From a virus: a stretch of DNA of 64,000 bases. The translations under genes were made by a program, and so were the position numbers. The stretch is taken from IMG/VR virus record IMGVR_UViG_3300031521_000021, positions 32,001-96,000 of that record; one strand, given 5' to 3'. Shown here piece after piece: positions 37,775 to 47,782 of this stretch (positions are counted from its first letter, which is position 1; each line of letters opens with the position of its first letter). A model generated the notes under the pieces. That model was not told the origin of the DNA. It searched no databases and saw only the letters and a list, made by a program, of their open reading frames with translations.

Positions 37775-38701
37775 TTGATTAATATGAAAGCTAGAACAAA
37801 TAAGTTACATGAATCAGCAGAAAACTTTTTAGATTATTTACATATGAAGAATTCAAGCGAAGGAACTGTGAAGGGTTATAGAAGCAACTTAAATATTTTC
37901 TTCGACTTTATAAAGACTTACAAAAAAGTAAGAATTATTGATAATGAAATAATTGAAAATATAAAACTAACTGACCTACATGCATTTCTTAACTATGCTG
38001 AGAAAGAGTTGGCAAATAGTCCAGCTACTCGTGCAAGAAAAGTTGCTTGTTTGCAATCTTATTACAATTATATATACAAGAAAGCGAAAATAGTAAGTGA
38101 AAATGTAGCTGAAGAATTAGATAGAATAAAAATTCCAGAAAAAGAAGTAATATATTTAAACAAGGAACAATCAAAAAAATTATTAGAATCAGTAACTAAA
38201 GCTAATCGAAACTATATTAGAGACTTATGTGTATTGACAATATTTTTAAATACAGGTTTAAGATTATCTGAATTACAAGGATTAAGAATTGATATGATAA
38301 AAGGGGATCAGCTTATTATTATAGGTAAAGGTATGAAAAAACGAGAAGTATTTTTAAATGATGAATGTTTAAATTCAATCAACAACTACTTAGAGAATAG
38401 AGATGAATATGATGTATCGGATGAAGATAAGAAATATTTATTTTTATCAATAAAAAAACGCAGAATGGCAAAAAATAGTATTGAAACCATGGTTAAAAAA
38501 TATTTAAAAATGTCAGGATTTGGAGAAGAATATCATACACATACTTTGAGAGCGAGTTTTTGTACTAATGTATATAATAGTGGAAAAGTAGGAATAAAAA
38601 CTGTGCGTGACCTTATGGGACATTCTAGTATATCTACTACACAAAAATATTTAGGGGTTACAGACGAAGATAAGAGAAATGCAGTCAAGAATATATATTA
38701 A
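37775..38701 (+). CDS. XerC/XerD-type tyrosine recombinase with catalytic residues present (start probably ATG 37784)
   Basis: SAM-like N-domain (S..T...Y...L..F; SPATRARK); TGLRLSEL, GKG.K.R, HTLR, LMGHSS, TQKY. Confidence 0.95.
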   Translation: MINMKARTNKLHESAENFLDYLHMKNSSEGTVKGYRSNLNIFFDFIKTYKKVRIIDNEIIENIKLTDLHAFLNYAEKELANSPATRARKVACLQSYYNYIYKKAKIVSENVAEELDRIKIPEKEVIYLNKEQSKKLLESVTKANRNYIRDLCVLTIFLNTGLRLSELQGLRIDMIKGDQLIIIGKGMKKREVFLNDECLNSINNYLENRDEYDVSDEDKKYLFLSIKKRRMAKNSIETMVKKYLKMSGFGEEYHTHTLRASFCTNVYNSGKVGIKTVRDLMGHSSISTTQKYLGVTDEDKRNAVKNIY

Positions 38702-38719
38702 GATAGAAAGGAGAATTAT

Positions 38720-41361
38720 ATGAATATCAAAGAAAGCGTTGAACAAGGAAAATTAATGAGATACTGTGCAACAAGTATACATGGTTATGTAGATATATTT
38801 GATAGAATTGAAGATATATATATGGGGTATCATTTTGCTTACTATGATAAGATTGAAGCTGAAGAATATAGTTATAAACTTGAAGAAAAATATCAAGATA
38901 ACTTAAAATAAATCTTTTATTTGGATATAATAGGAAAATAAAATTATGATATAATAATAGAATGAGGGGGTGAATATTTAATGTTAAAACCAATAAAAAT
39001 AAATCCTTATACATTACATTATGATAATGGATTTTCAAAGGTAAAAGAAATCAATGAAGAAGAACGATTATACTATAAAGAATGTAATGATAGATTTGGA
39101 TTTACTTATGTAATATATAATACAATCAGTCATGAAATTATAATTGATGGTGACGAGTATACAATAGTAAATGAAAATAATGTGGATATAATTAAAGCCA
39201 TTGAAAAATGGGCAGATGTAAAAATAGAAGAACTAAAAGGGAAAAAGTATTTAACTAAAATAATAAATGGAGAAAAATGTGCCTTATTTTAAAATTAAGG
39301 GAGGATAATAAAGTGCTTACAAATATAATTAAAAAACAAATAACAATAGACTATATCGAAGAATGCTTTTTTCAACGAAAAGCAGAATGGGAATATTTAA
39401 AAGAATATGATATAATATTTGACAATATCTTAGTAAATGCTATAAATATGATAAGACTAAAAAATCCTGAAGGATCACTTTCAGAAAATATTCAAGATTA
39501 TATTACAAATAAATTTTATAAAAATACTCATGGAGTTAGTAAAAGATACTCAAATAAAAATAAGAAAGTAAAATAGGAATTTTAAATGGAATATTATGGT
39601 ATAATTAAGGTTATAATATTAAAAAAATATATGGAGGTTATACAGATGTTAGATAAAAGCACATTGAAATATTTAATTGATTCAAGCTTAATTATGTTTG
39701 CCAAGGAATTATTAAGAGATAGTAATGAAATTTTTAAAGATTATAATGAAGGAGATTCTATTCCTGATTTACTAGAAGAAAATGAGACATTATCAACACT
39801 TGTATCGGATTTAGAAGAAGTTATAGATGGATTAGAGAATTTGGATAATTGTGAATTATATACTGAACATACCGAAGAGTTATATCATATAAGTCAAGAC
39901 CTTGAGTTTGATAGAATTGAAGATAAAAATGACTTTGAAGAGACTTTAAATGAATTGATTTCAGCATTAAGAAAAATAGATATATAATAAATAGGAGGGG
40001 ATTTAAAATGAAAGTATATGAAGCGAAGGCATGGTTTAATAACATTGAGATTAGAAATTATGAAGTTACAAAAGATACTGAAAAACAAATAAGATTTGAA
40101 AATGGAAGAACTTTAAATAAATCTGTAATTGGGAATTGTGATAGTGTTGGAACTGGTTACGGTTATACATTAGATGAAGCAGTACAATCAGTTAAAAATA
40201 ATATAATCAATGAAATATCGGAATGCGAAGCTAAAATAAAAAGATTAAAAAAAAAATTAGAACTTCCAATAATGGAGAAATAGTTTTGACTTAAAAATCT
40301 GATTTTAAAGCATTATTGAAAATAATTATCAATTAATAGGAGGAGATAATAAATGAATCATGAAAAAGGTAAATATTATAAAATTATACTGGATTTAATG
40401 GGAGTAAATTCAATAACTATAGAAGGTGGTATACCTTATCTATTTAAAGAACAGATTAAAGGGATATATAAATCTGTAGCTCATTATTTCAAAGAACCTC
40501 ATAGAGTAGATATTGAAGAGTTTAAGTTTTCAATGAGATGGGCTTTAGCTGATGTATTTGGTGGAGGGTGTGAAGTTGAAGAACCTATAGATTTATTTGA
40601 TGATATTAATAATGAAGATGATAAACGTTGTGACTTTTGTTTAAAAGAACCTAGAAACAATAAATTAAGTGATACTGTGGTGAATGGAAGCAACTTTAAA
40701 ATATGTGATGAATGTCTAATAAAACAAAAGAGCTTTTAAAATCTTAGATTTATTGATAGTTATTATCAATTAGAAAGGAGAAAATGAAAATGATTATATA
40801 TGTAGCAAGTAATGGGGAATATGAGGGAAGATATAATAGTTACGTTGGAGAAGATATAAAACAGGCAATACAAGTATTAGTTAATGAATCAGAGGACATG
40901 GATAGAATTGAAGCTTGGGAAAATGGTAGACAAATATGGGAGTACTGGTGTATTGGAATCACAAAAAAATCATCTATAGATGAAATCCTAAAAGATATTG
41001 ATAAAAATATATAGCTTTAAAATGTTACTTTCATTCAAACTAAAATATCCTTTCTTTAATAATTAATAGACATACATAATAAATTAAAAGAAATTAACAT
41101 TATGTGAAAGAGGAAATTAAAATGATAAATAATATAGTAAACTTGAAAATGAATAATGGAATCAATGTAAAGGTAGATAAGGGAGATATAAAAGTAAGTC
41201 AGTATGAAATTCAAGAGCATATTGAGGATTTGTTCAAGCATAAAAAACGATACAAATCAAAAGAAATCATAAGGCTTAGTGATATATGTGATTGTATGTG
41301 GAATATAATGTTTTGTGGTATAAATAAAGAGAATAGAGAAATGTCCTTTAAACTATGTTAG
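38720..41361 (+). other. Short hypothetical genes (38720, 38981, 39277, 39586, 40008, 40353, 40784, 41104), separated every one or two genes by TAAAA-N6-TTTTA sites
   Basis: ORFs with RBS; sites at 38903, 39568, 40291, 40736, 41017. Confidence 0.65.
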
Positions 41362-41639
41362 AATATAGAAAATATATTTTGCGAGGAGATTAATTATGAT
41401 ACGAGAAGGTACAAAAGTAGAAGGCATAAATATGAATGGTATTCAAATTGAAGTCACAGTAGAAAATGTGTTAAATATGTTTCAAGTAGCAATTGTAAAA
41501 ACTGGTGAAGATAGAACTAAAACAACTGAGACATATATTAGCGAACTAGAAGAAATAGAGTAGATTTAAATGAATATTTTATCTACAATTAGGAAATAAG
41601 CTAGAGACGTTAAAATTTTCTCTAGCTTTTTAAATTTAA

Positions 41640-41933
41640 TTAAATATAAAATTCAAAATGTTCTTGAGCTACATCTTCATAATTCACTTTATTTTTCTTC
41701 ATACAATTATTTATTTCACAATAATTGCATGAATGAAAGAGAATATCTTTTGGACAGATATTCAATGCAATAGCAATATCTAATAAGGTAGATAGTCTAG
41801 GAGAACGATTACGAACTATATTATCAGCTTCTAGCATTGCGATATATTGTTGACTTACTCCTATTTTTTCTGCAAGTTGAGATTGTGTCATTCTTCTTAA
41901 TATTCTATATTTTTTTATATACAATATATACAT
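41640..41933 (-). CDS. XRE-family HTH transcriptional regulator
   Basis: IKKYR..RRMTQSQLAEKIGVSQQYIAMLE...SPRLSTL.DIA.AL. Confidence 0.92.
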   Translation of the reverse strand: MYILYIKKYRILRRMTQSQLAEKIGVSQQYIAMLEADNIVRNRSPRLSTLLDIAIALNICPKDILFHSCNYCEINNCMKKNKVNYEDVAQEHFEFYI

Positions 41934-41945
41934 AACATCACCACT

Positions 41946-41996
41946 TTCGACAATATTCTATGGTTAAAAATAGTATATCATGAATAAAATGTCGAA
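41946..41996. promoter_or_regulatory. Two perfect Spo0A boxes in opposite orientation (TTCGACA 41946-41952, TGTCGAA 41990-41996)
   Basis: Match to TGNCGAA, directly upstream of the minus-strand XRE gene. Confidence 0.55.
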
Positions 41997-42163
41997 TCAA
42001 GTGGAAAATACAACCAATTATGAAAAATACAAATAACATTACAACGGCTGGTTGTACTATAGAGTACAAAATAGGTATATAATGAATATAGTGTTAAAAA
42101 AATAACAGGATGATAATGAAAATATACAGATAAAGAAATATCATAAATACCGATAAAAATAAC

Positions 42164-42219
42164 TTTACAGAACAAACGTTTGGTAGTAAAATATAATTAA
42201 GGATATAGAACAGACATTC
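42164..42219 (+). promoter_or_regulatory. Sigma-A promoter (TTTACA-17-TAAAAT) with LexA-like boxes GAAC-AAAC-GTTT and GAAC-AGAC-ATTC
   Basis: Firmicutes SOS box GAAC-N4-GTTY; first box lies in the -35/-10 spacer. Confidence 0.55.
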
Positions 42220-42272
42220 GTATTAAATTATGGAAATAAAAAAGACTAGATATTAATATTAATATCCAATCT

Positions 42273-42482
42273 TTATGGCATATCTTTTTTAAATTGTATT
42301 AAGTCACAAACATCACAATTAAAATATGTACAAAGTATATTTATATGTTCTCTTACTAAATGTTTAAAAGTATTACTCGCATAGCTACTTATCGTTCCTT
42401 GTCTTATTCCAGTAGCTTTAGCTAATTCTTTTTGATTTAGTTCATATTCTGCTATTAAAATATGAAGTCGCATTTTAACCAT
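42273..42482 (-). CDS. Cro/C1-type HTH regulator (YozG-like)
   Basis: RLHILIAE..LNQKELAKATGIRQGTIS.Y.....I..LC.YFNCDV.DLI. Confidence 0.9.
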   Translation of the reverse strand: MVKMRLHILIAEYELNQKELAKATGIRQGTISSYASNTFKHLVREHINILCTYFNCDVCDLIQFKKDMP

Positions 42483-42555
42483 TCGTTTGATTTCAACTCC
42501 TTTATATCTATTTTAAACTATATTGGATAATCTTTACACCAGTTTACAAAACCTA

Positions 42556-42590
42556 ATCCGATTATCGTATAAAATATCCGAATAATGGAT
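42556..42590. promoter_or_regulatory. Two imperfect 15-bp palindromes (ATCCG-N5-CGGAT-like) 20 bp apart; candidate operator
   Basis: ATCCGATTATCGTAT and ATCCGAATAATGGAT in the divergent intergenic region. Confidence 0.45.
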
Positions 42591-42757
42591 TGAATTATAA
42601 ATAATAATAAAGAAAATATAGGTATGAATATTATGGGAATATAGTTTAAAAATAACTTGACTATTTATATTAATTTGTTATACAATGAAATTACAAGAAA
42701 GTTATATGCATTAATTTGTTTATATAAATATTAAAAATAAAAGGGAGAGATTAGTAT

Positions 42758-43015
42758 ATGGAAATGAGAATTGAAAAAATGGGACAAGAATTAGGACAAG
42801 TAATAAGTATGGATGAATTTGAGTCCTTTCTATGGGGTAGTGAATTGGGAATACGAGTAATAAAGGAAAACAATATACCAAAAGAAATAGAAGTTGAAGA
42901 AATTATGGATAAATTAAATTTAGATACAATTCAAGAAATTTATTACATAAAAGAAAACAATTCAGTTAAAATTTTATTCGTAAATGGTTGTATTCATGAA
43001 CTTGAAAGAGTATAA
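42758..43015 (+). CDS. Hypothetical protein divergent from the HTH genes
   Basis: Promoter TTGACT-17-TACAAT, GGGAG RBS, terminator after. Confidence 0.7.
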   Translation: MEMRIEKMGQELGQVISMDEFESFLWGSELGIRVIKENNIPKEIEVEEIMDKLNLDTIQEIYYIKENNSVKILFVNGCIHELERV

Positions 43016-43084
43016 TTTAATTAAAGAAAATAAATTAAGCAAAGATTAAAATATCTTTGCTTTTTTGTTGCAATTATTTTTAAT

Positions 43085-44551
43085 TTGTTATATAATATAA
43101 TCATAGAAATAAATTATTTGAAAATAACAAAATTTAATAGAGGTGAATTAATTATGGAAGTAAAAACAATTAAAGAACTAATACCAGAAGAAAAACAATT
43201 TGATGTAATAGATAAAATAGTAGAAGAAGAATATGGAAATCAAAAATTAATAGATGCATTGATGGTTAAATTTAAAGAAAAGGGATTCCAAATTAGAATG
43301 GCTACAGCTTTACTAAGTGGAGATAAGCAATGGAGTGATATTCCTGAACTTGTTAAAGTAGCCTTTGTTGAAAGTGCAAAAGAAGGTTTAGAATGGGAAA
43401 TACTAGATGCAAACAAATGGTTTACAAATGATATATTGGCAAGTTATGATACAACAATAAATGATGAACCTAAGAAAGATGTATTAAGTTTTAAAAATGC
43501 AATAAAAATAGATGACTTTAATTATCTAATATATTGGGATTTAAAAAGTATATATGTTGGATTTAATAATGAATTATATATTTATAATTATGAAACTCAA
43601 CGTGAGCCAGAATATAAAACAATAGGAACGAGAAAAAAACCTATAATGACTTATTCATTAAATCCAAAAGCCGTGGATGAGATAGCTAGAGATATAATTA
43701 GTGGCGAATATGAAGAAGATATGTTAATATATAATGTTCTTTTAAAGAATCAAAAAATAACACCACAAGTAAGTATTAAAGAAACAAAACAAGAAGGAAT
43801 TGTTGATATTGAAGTTGTTCCCAATTATCAAAGAAATTCTAAAAACTATACAATTGTAAACCCTTTGGATGGATGGCACAGAACTCAAGCTGGAATTAGG
43901 GCATATGGAATAGCATTAAAGCAAGGTATTGAATTGAAAAGAGGATTTCCATTAAAGTTAGTAATGAGAGATTTAAAAGGTGCAAAACATATCGTAGACC
44001 AAATATTCAAAAGAAATGATACCAGTAGACAATGGACTCACAATTTGGCTAGTACTGATTATAATGAATTTATAGAATTATTAATTAATTCATCTAAAAT
44101 ACTTCAAGGTAAAGTTGTTACAACATATGATGAATACATGGCAATTCCTAGCATAACTTATTCTTATATATTAAGTGTTGCTACAGAAAGATTTACAACT
44201 ATTCCTGTAAATAGTAAACTTCAAAGAAAAATGGTTGCAGAAGGCATTGCTAATATTATTGATATGATTTTTGATTATCTATTGATGAAATATAAAGATA
44301 TGAAAAATTTGATAGAACAGACTCATCTTGTAGAACCGAATGTTTTTGTAGGTTATTTAGCTATAGCCGAACAAGTAAGAGAGCATGAAGACAAGTATGA
44401 AGATTATGTAATTAAAATAGGTGAAAAATTATGTTTATTAACAGAAGAACAACTAAAACCATTAAAATTAACATATAAAAATTTTAATTCTCAAGATGTG
44501 TATAAATTTTTTGAAAAAATTGCTAAAGAGGTGATTAATAGTGAAGAATAA
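43085..44551 (+). CDS. DndB/ParB-like DGxHR-domain protein, SPbeta YopQ (SroE)-like (start probably ATG 43154)
   Basis: YNYETQR, IVNPLDGWHR motif; overlaps the next, recombinase-like gene as in the SPbeta sro operon. Confidence 0.7.
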   Translation: MLYNIIIEINYLKITKFNRGELIMEVKTIKELIPEEKQFDVIDKIVEEEYGNQKLIDALMVKFKEKGFQIRMATALLSGDKQWSDIPELVKVAFVESAKEGLEWEILDANKWFTNDILASYDTTINDEPKKDVLSFKNAIKIDDFNYLIYWDLKSIYVGFNNELYIYNYETQREPEYKTIGTRKKPIMTYSLNPKAVDEIARDIISGEYEEDMLIYNVLLKNQKITPQVSIKETKQEGIVDIEVVPNYQRNSKNYTIVNPLDGWHRTQAGIRAYGIALKQGIELKRGFPLKLVMRDLKGAKHIVDQIFKRNDTSRQWTHNLASTDYNEFIELLINSSKILQGKVVTTYDEYMAIPSITYSYILSVATERFTTIPVNSKLQRKMVAEGIANIIDMIFDYLLMKYKDMKNLIEQTHLVEPNVFVGYLAIAEQVREHEDKYEDYVIKIGEKLCLLTEEQLKPLKLTYKNFNSQDVYKFFEKIAKEVINSEE

Positions 44552-45704
44552 ATATTTTGTAGGAAAAGAATATCACACATTAAAAGAAAAAAATGACATT
44601 TTAGAAAGTTATGATAAACTATATAAAAATAAACTAGATTTTTTAAATGAATTATATGATAATCAAAATACTTTGAAAAGATTATGGTCTACTTATATAA
44701 GACATATTCATCAACATGAATTATTATTAGAAAAAGATGCTATGTTTTTTGATGAAAATGAAGTAGATGAAGTTATAGCAAGCAAATTTACCTATTCATC
44801 TTCAACTAAACAAGGAATGTTATTCTTCATTAAAACTTATAAAACTTGGGGAATGGACAGAGGAGATATCCAAGGAAATAGTGCCGAAACATTAAATAAG
44901 AAAAATACAACTAAAACTTCAAAGAAAATTTTAGAAAATAAGTTATGGGGATTAGGAGAATTTTATAATCTATTGGTAGAAATAGAAAAGAAATCTACTT
45001 TTATTGGTGGAATAGCATTTCTTTTAGTTAGATATGGAATCGCAGGAAAACAATTAATTTATACTAGAAATGTTAGATGGGAAGATATTGATTATGAAAA
45101 AAAACAAGTTCATATAATTAATGAGAATGAGAAACTTGTTAGAATCGTTGATGTAGATGATAGATTTTTAGAATGGATAGATAAATATAAGAATGAAAAG
45201 TATCCAGCAGGTATTTCTTCAGGACGTATAATAGAAAAATCAAAACATTCTAGAAATGGAGATATAATTGAAAATTATAATACTATGAATAATAGAACTT
45301 TTAAAATTGCTAAAGATTTAATGATACCTAGAATATCTTTTGGAGATGTATTTAAATCAAGATATATGGATATGTTATTAGAAATTAGAGCAACTAGAAG
45401 ATTAACCACAGATGACTTTGAATGGGTGTTAATGAATTTTAGTGATAAATCTGCTAATATGACGATATATAATCTAAGAGAAATGTATGAGACAATAGCA
45501 AAAGAAGATGTTATAATGAAAAATAATTTAAGTCAGCCAACAAAATCACTTAAAGATCCCCATGCAAAAGAATTTGTAGAGAAATTACGCAAAGAAATGG
45601 GATATGAGGAATTTATAAATGGTGAAGATAAGTTTAACAACAAAGAAATAGAGTCAGAAGTACAAAAAGAAGTAAGTGCTGATTTAGATAAGGTTGAAAA
45701 TTAG
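44541..45704 (+). CDS. Tyrosine-recombinase-fold protein without the catalytic signature; YopR/MrpR (SroF)-like master repressor candidate
   Basis: LLVRYGIAG...VRWEDID (box I without R); no HxxR or LGH; E...EKD...F...EV N-terminal pattern; synteny with YopQ-like gene. Confidence 0.7.
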   Translation: MKNKYFVGKEYHTLKEKNDILESYDKLYKNKLDFLNELYDNQNTLKRLWSTYIRHIHQHELLLEKDAMFFDENEVDEVIASKFTYSSSTKQGMLFFIKTYKTWGMDRGDIQGNSAETLNKKNTTKTSKKILENKLWGLGEFYNLLVEIEKKSTFIGGIAFLLVRYGIAGKQLIYTRNVRWEDIDYEKKQVHIINENEKLVRIVDVDDRFLEWIDKYKNEKYPAGISSGRIIEKSKHSRNGDIIENYNTMNNRTFKIAKDLMIPRISFGDVFKSRYMDMLLEIRATRRLTTDDFEWVLMNFSDKSANMTIYNLREMYETIAKEDVIMKNNLSQPTKSLKDPHAKEFVEKLRKEMGYEEFINGEDKFNNKEIESEVQKEVSADLDKVEN

Positions 45705-45814
45705 GTTGGAGCAAGTATCCATCCTTTTTTTGTTTGATTATATGGCTTAAACACTAGATTTGTGAGGGTATTAAAATAAATTAATATAAATATGAATTAT
45801 TTTTAGAAAAAGTG

Positions 45815-46021
45815 TTGACAATATATTCCGTAGGGTGTAATATAGAGTCATGGAAGAGATAAAAACAAATTAATAGAGAAACAAAAAAACATTTGAAAAA
45901 GTATTGACAGACTTGGAAACAAGTAGTAAACTAATATTCATAGGGAACAAGTTAATAAATTAAAACAATAAAAGAAAAAATATAAAAAAGTATTGACAGT
46001 GTTACCAAGTAGTGGTAAGAT
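45815..46021 (+). promoter_or_regulatory. Three tandem sigma-A promoters with exact 89-bp period
   Basis: TTGACA at 45815, 45904, 45993, each 17 bp from TAATAT, TAAACT, TAAGAT, each preceded by AAAAAGT(G/A). Confidence 0.85.
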
Positions 46022-46104
46022 AAGATTATAGAAATGAAATAGATTAATAGAAATAAAAAAGTAATTTTAAAGGGAAATTAAAAAAATTTATTAATTAAAG
46101 GAAG

Positions 46105-46881
46105 GTGGTCAGTATGTTAGATTTTAAAGAGCAACTGATGGCAATTAAGACAGAAATGGATAAAAAAGAATTAAAGAGTGATAAAATAATAGAAACAAAA
46201 GAAATTGTACATAGTAACATTAATAATCATAAAACTATGTATAATACTGAAAATAAAAAGATAATAGTTCGTCGTGCTGAGGTATACTGGAGTGACCTTC
46301 AAGGGTCTCAAGGATCAGAACAGGGAGGAGAAAGACCAGTTTTAATAATTCAAAATGATGTTGGTAATACATACAGTCCAACTACAATAGTAGCTGTTAT
46401 CACATCTCAATTAACTAAAGCAAAACTTCCTGTACATGTAGAATTGCAGAAAGAAATAAATAATATGCCACAAGATTCAGTAATATTATTTGAGCAAATA
46501 AGAACATTAGATAAGAGAAGATTAAAAGATAAAATATGTGAATTAGATGAATTAATGATGAAAAAAATTGACAAGGCAATAGGAACTTCTTTGGGTATAA
46601 AAGTAGCTGAACCAGAACAGGAAAAAACTTCAAAAACAGAAAAGGCTCCATTAGAAAAATTACATGAAAAATTGAGAAATAAAATTGAAGAAATGTTAGA
46701 TGATATATATACTTATGAAAAGGCTTTATGTAAAACAAGAAACGAAAGTTTAAGAAATAATTTAATTGAACAAAGAGAAGCGTTTTTATGGTTACTACAA
46801 AATTTTTGTGAAAATAATAAATTAAACTATAGAGATTATTATAAAAAATATAATCCAGAAAGAGAGACAGTTGCTATGTAA
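46105..46881 (+). CDS. mazF: MazF/PemK (NdoA-like) endoribonuclease with about 50-aa N-terminal and 90-aa C-terminal extensions
   Basis: VRRAEVYWSDL...GSEQGGERPVLIIQNDVGN.YSPT.IVA.ITSQ..KAKLP.HVE...DSVIL.EQIRTLDKRRL closely matches B. subtilis NdoA. Confidence 0.93.
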   Translation: MVSMLDFKEQLMAIKTEMDKKELKSDKIIETKEIVHSNINNHKTMYNTENKKIIVRRAEVYWSDLQGSQGSEQGGERPVLIIQNDVGNTYSPTTIVAVITSQLTKAKLPVHVELQKEINNMPQDSVILFEQIRTLDKRRLKDKICELDELMMKKIDKAIGTSLGIKVAEPEQEKTSKTEKAPLEKLHEKLRNKIEEMLDDIYTYEKALCKTRNESLRNNLIEQREAFLWLLQNFCENNKLNYRDYYKKYNPERETVAM

Positions 46882-46909
46882 AATAAAAATATGAAGTGGG
46901 TGCAATAAG

Positions 46910-47572
46910 ATGAAAACAAAGAGAACTATAAAAAAGAGGGTTTTGATAGATATATTTGATATATGGGATGATAAAATTAATGGCGGTGTTTATATTGCAA
47001 GAGATAAATTAAAAAAAATGTTTATGACAGAATACCCATTTTTAAAATACGAAGAAATTGAAGAAAAAAGGTTAATACTTCATAATTTAACTGTGGCAGA
47101 AATAGATATTGGAAAAGAAAAAGGATTGAAAATTTATGAAATGGAATCTGTAAAATTATATACATCAATATTAAAAAACGAAATGGATAAAGTCGAAGGA
47201 TATAAAGAAGGGGATACAGGTTTTTTATATGTGGGAGTTTTAAATAATTATACTGAAAGCCACAAAAAAGAATTAACAAAAAAAGAATTAATAGAAAATT
47301 ATACAACATGTTATAAAATATATGAAAAATATGAAAAGGAGAATGAATATGGACATTTATATAAATTAATAGCGAAATTTAATATCAATCTAGTAAAAGG
47401 AAATTTTTCCATACTTCTCAATATACTTGAGGAGTTGATACATAATAATGATGATACTGAATATAAAAGAAGTTTTAATGAATTAGAAAGGGAATTAAAA
47501 GAAACAAATAGCTTATTATATCAAAGAGTATCAACATTATTAAAACTAAATAAAAAATTGGAAATAATATAA
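46910..47572 (+). CDS. Helical TPR-like protein, candidate intracellular peptide receptor or antitoxin; no HTH seen
   Basis: Amphipathic helices with Asn-centred motifs (ILHNL, VLNNY, AKFNI); lies between mazF and a secreted peptide gene. Confidence 0.5.
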   Translation: MKTKRTIKKRVLIDIFDIWDDKINGGVYIARDKLKKMFMTEYPFLKYEEIEEKRLILHNLTVAEIDIGKEKGLKIYEMESVKLYTSILKNEMDKVEGYKEGDTGFLYVGVLNNYTESHKKELTKKELIENYTTCYKIYEKYEKENEYGHLYKLIAKFNINLVKGNFSILLNILEELIHNNDDTEYKRSFNELERELKETNSLLYQRVSTLLKLNKKLEII

Positions 47573-47579
47573 GACAAAT

Positions 47580-47648
47580 CTTTCATATATGTATCAATTA
47601 ATATAGATGTAATTAAAAAAATCTATATTAACAATACATATATGAAAG
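47580..47648 (+). promoter_or_regulatory. Long interrupted hairpin reaching the RBS of the peptide gene
   Basis: CTTTCATATATGTAT...TTAATATAGAT pairs with ATCTATATTAA...ATACATATATGAAAG. Confidence 0.75.
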
Positions 47649-47659
47649 AGGTGAAACGA

Positions 47660-47764
47660 ATGAAAAAAAGAACTATAAAGGCAACCTTAATAGTAATAGC
47701 TATATATGCAACTATGATTTTATCAACAATTGTTGCAAGCGCTGGTAGTATAGGGAGAGGATAA
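47660..47764 (+). CDS. 34-aa secreted signalling pre-peptide MKKRTIKATLIVIAIYATMILSTIVASAGSIGRG (AimP/Phr-like; not in ORF track)
   Basis: GAGGTG RBS; basic N-region, hydrophobic H-region, A-S-A cleavage site, leaving C-terminal hexapeptide GSIGRG. Confidence 0.8.
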   Translation: MKKRTIKATLIVIAIYATMILSTIVASAGSIGRG

Positions 47765-47782
47765 TTAAGTACATAAGACAAA

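Noticed and set aside
43085-44551. Dnd phosphorothioation system
   Set aside because: No dndA/C/D/E nearby; context matches the SPbeta YopQ-YopR pair
44541-45704. The prophage integrase
   Set aside because: Catalytic R and HxxR motifs are not recognisable and no att site or host junction is adjacent
45815-46021. Regularly spaced repeats as a CRISPR array
   Set aside because: The conserved part is only a -35 box with an A-tract, each unit has a matching -10, and no cas genes are present
46910-47572. Calling this gene aimR or mazE
   Set aside because: Much shorter than AimR with no N-terminal HTH, and no RHH/AbrB antitoxin pattern; only a TPR-like receptor hypothesis is supportable
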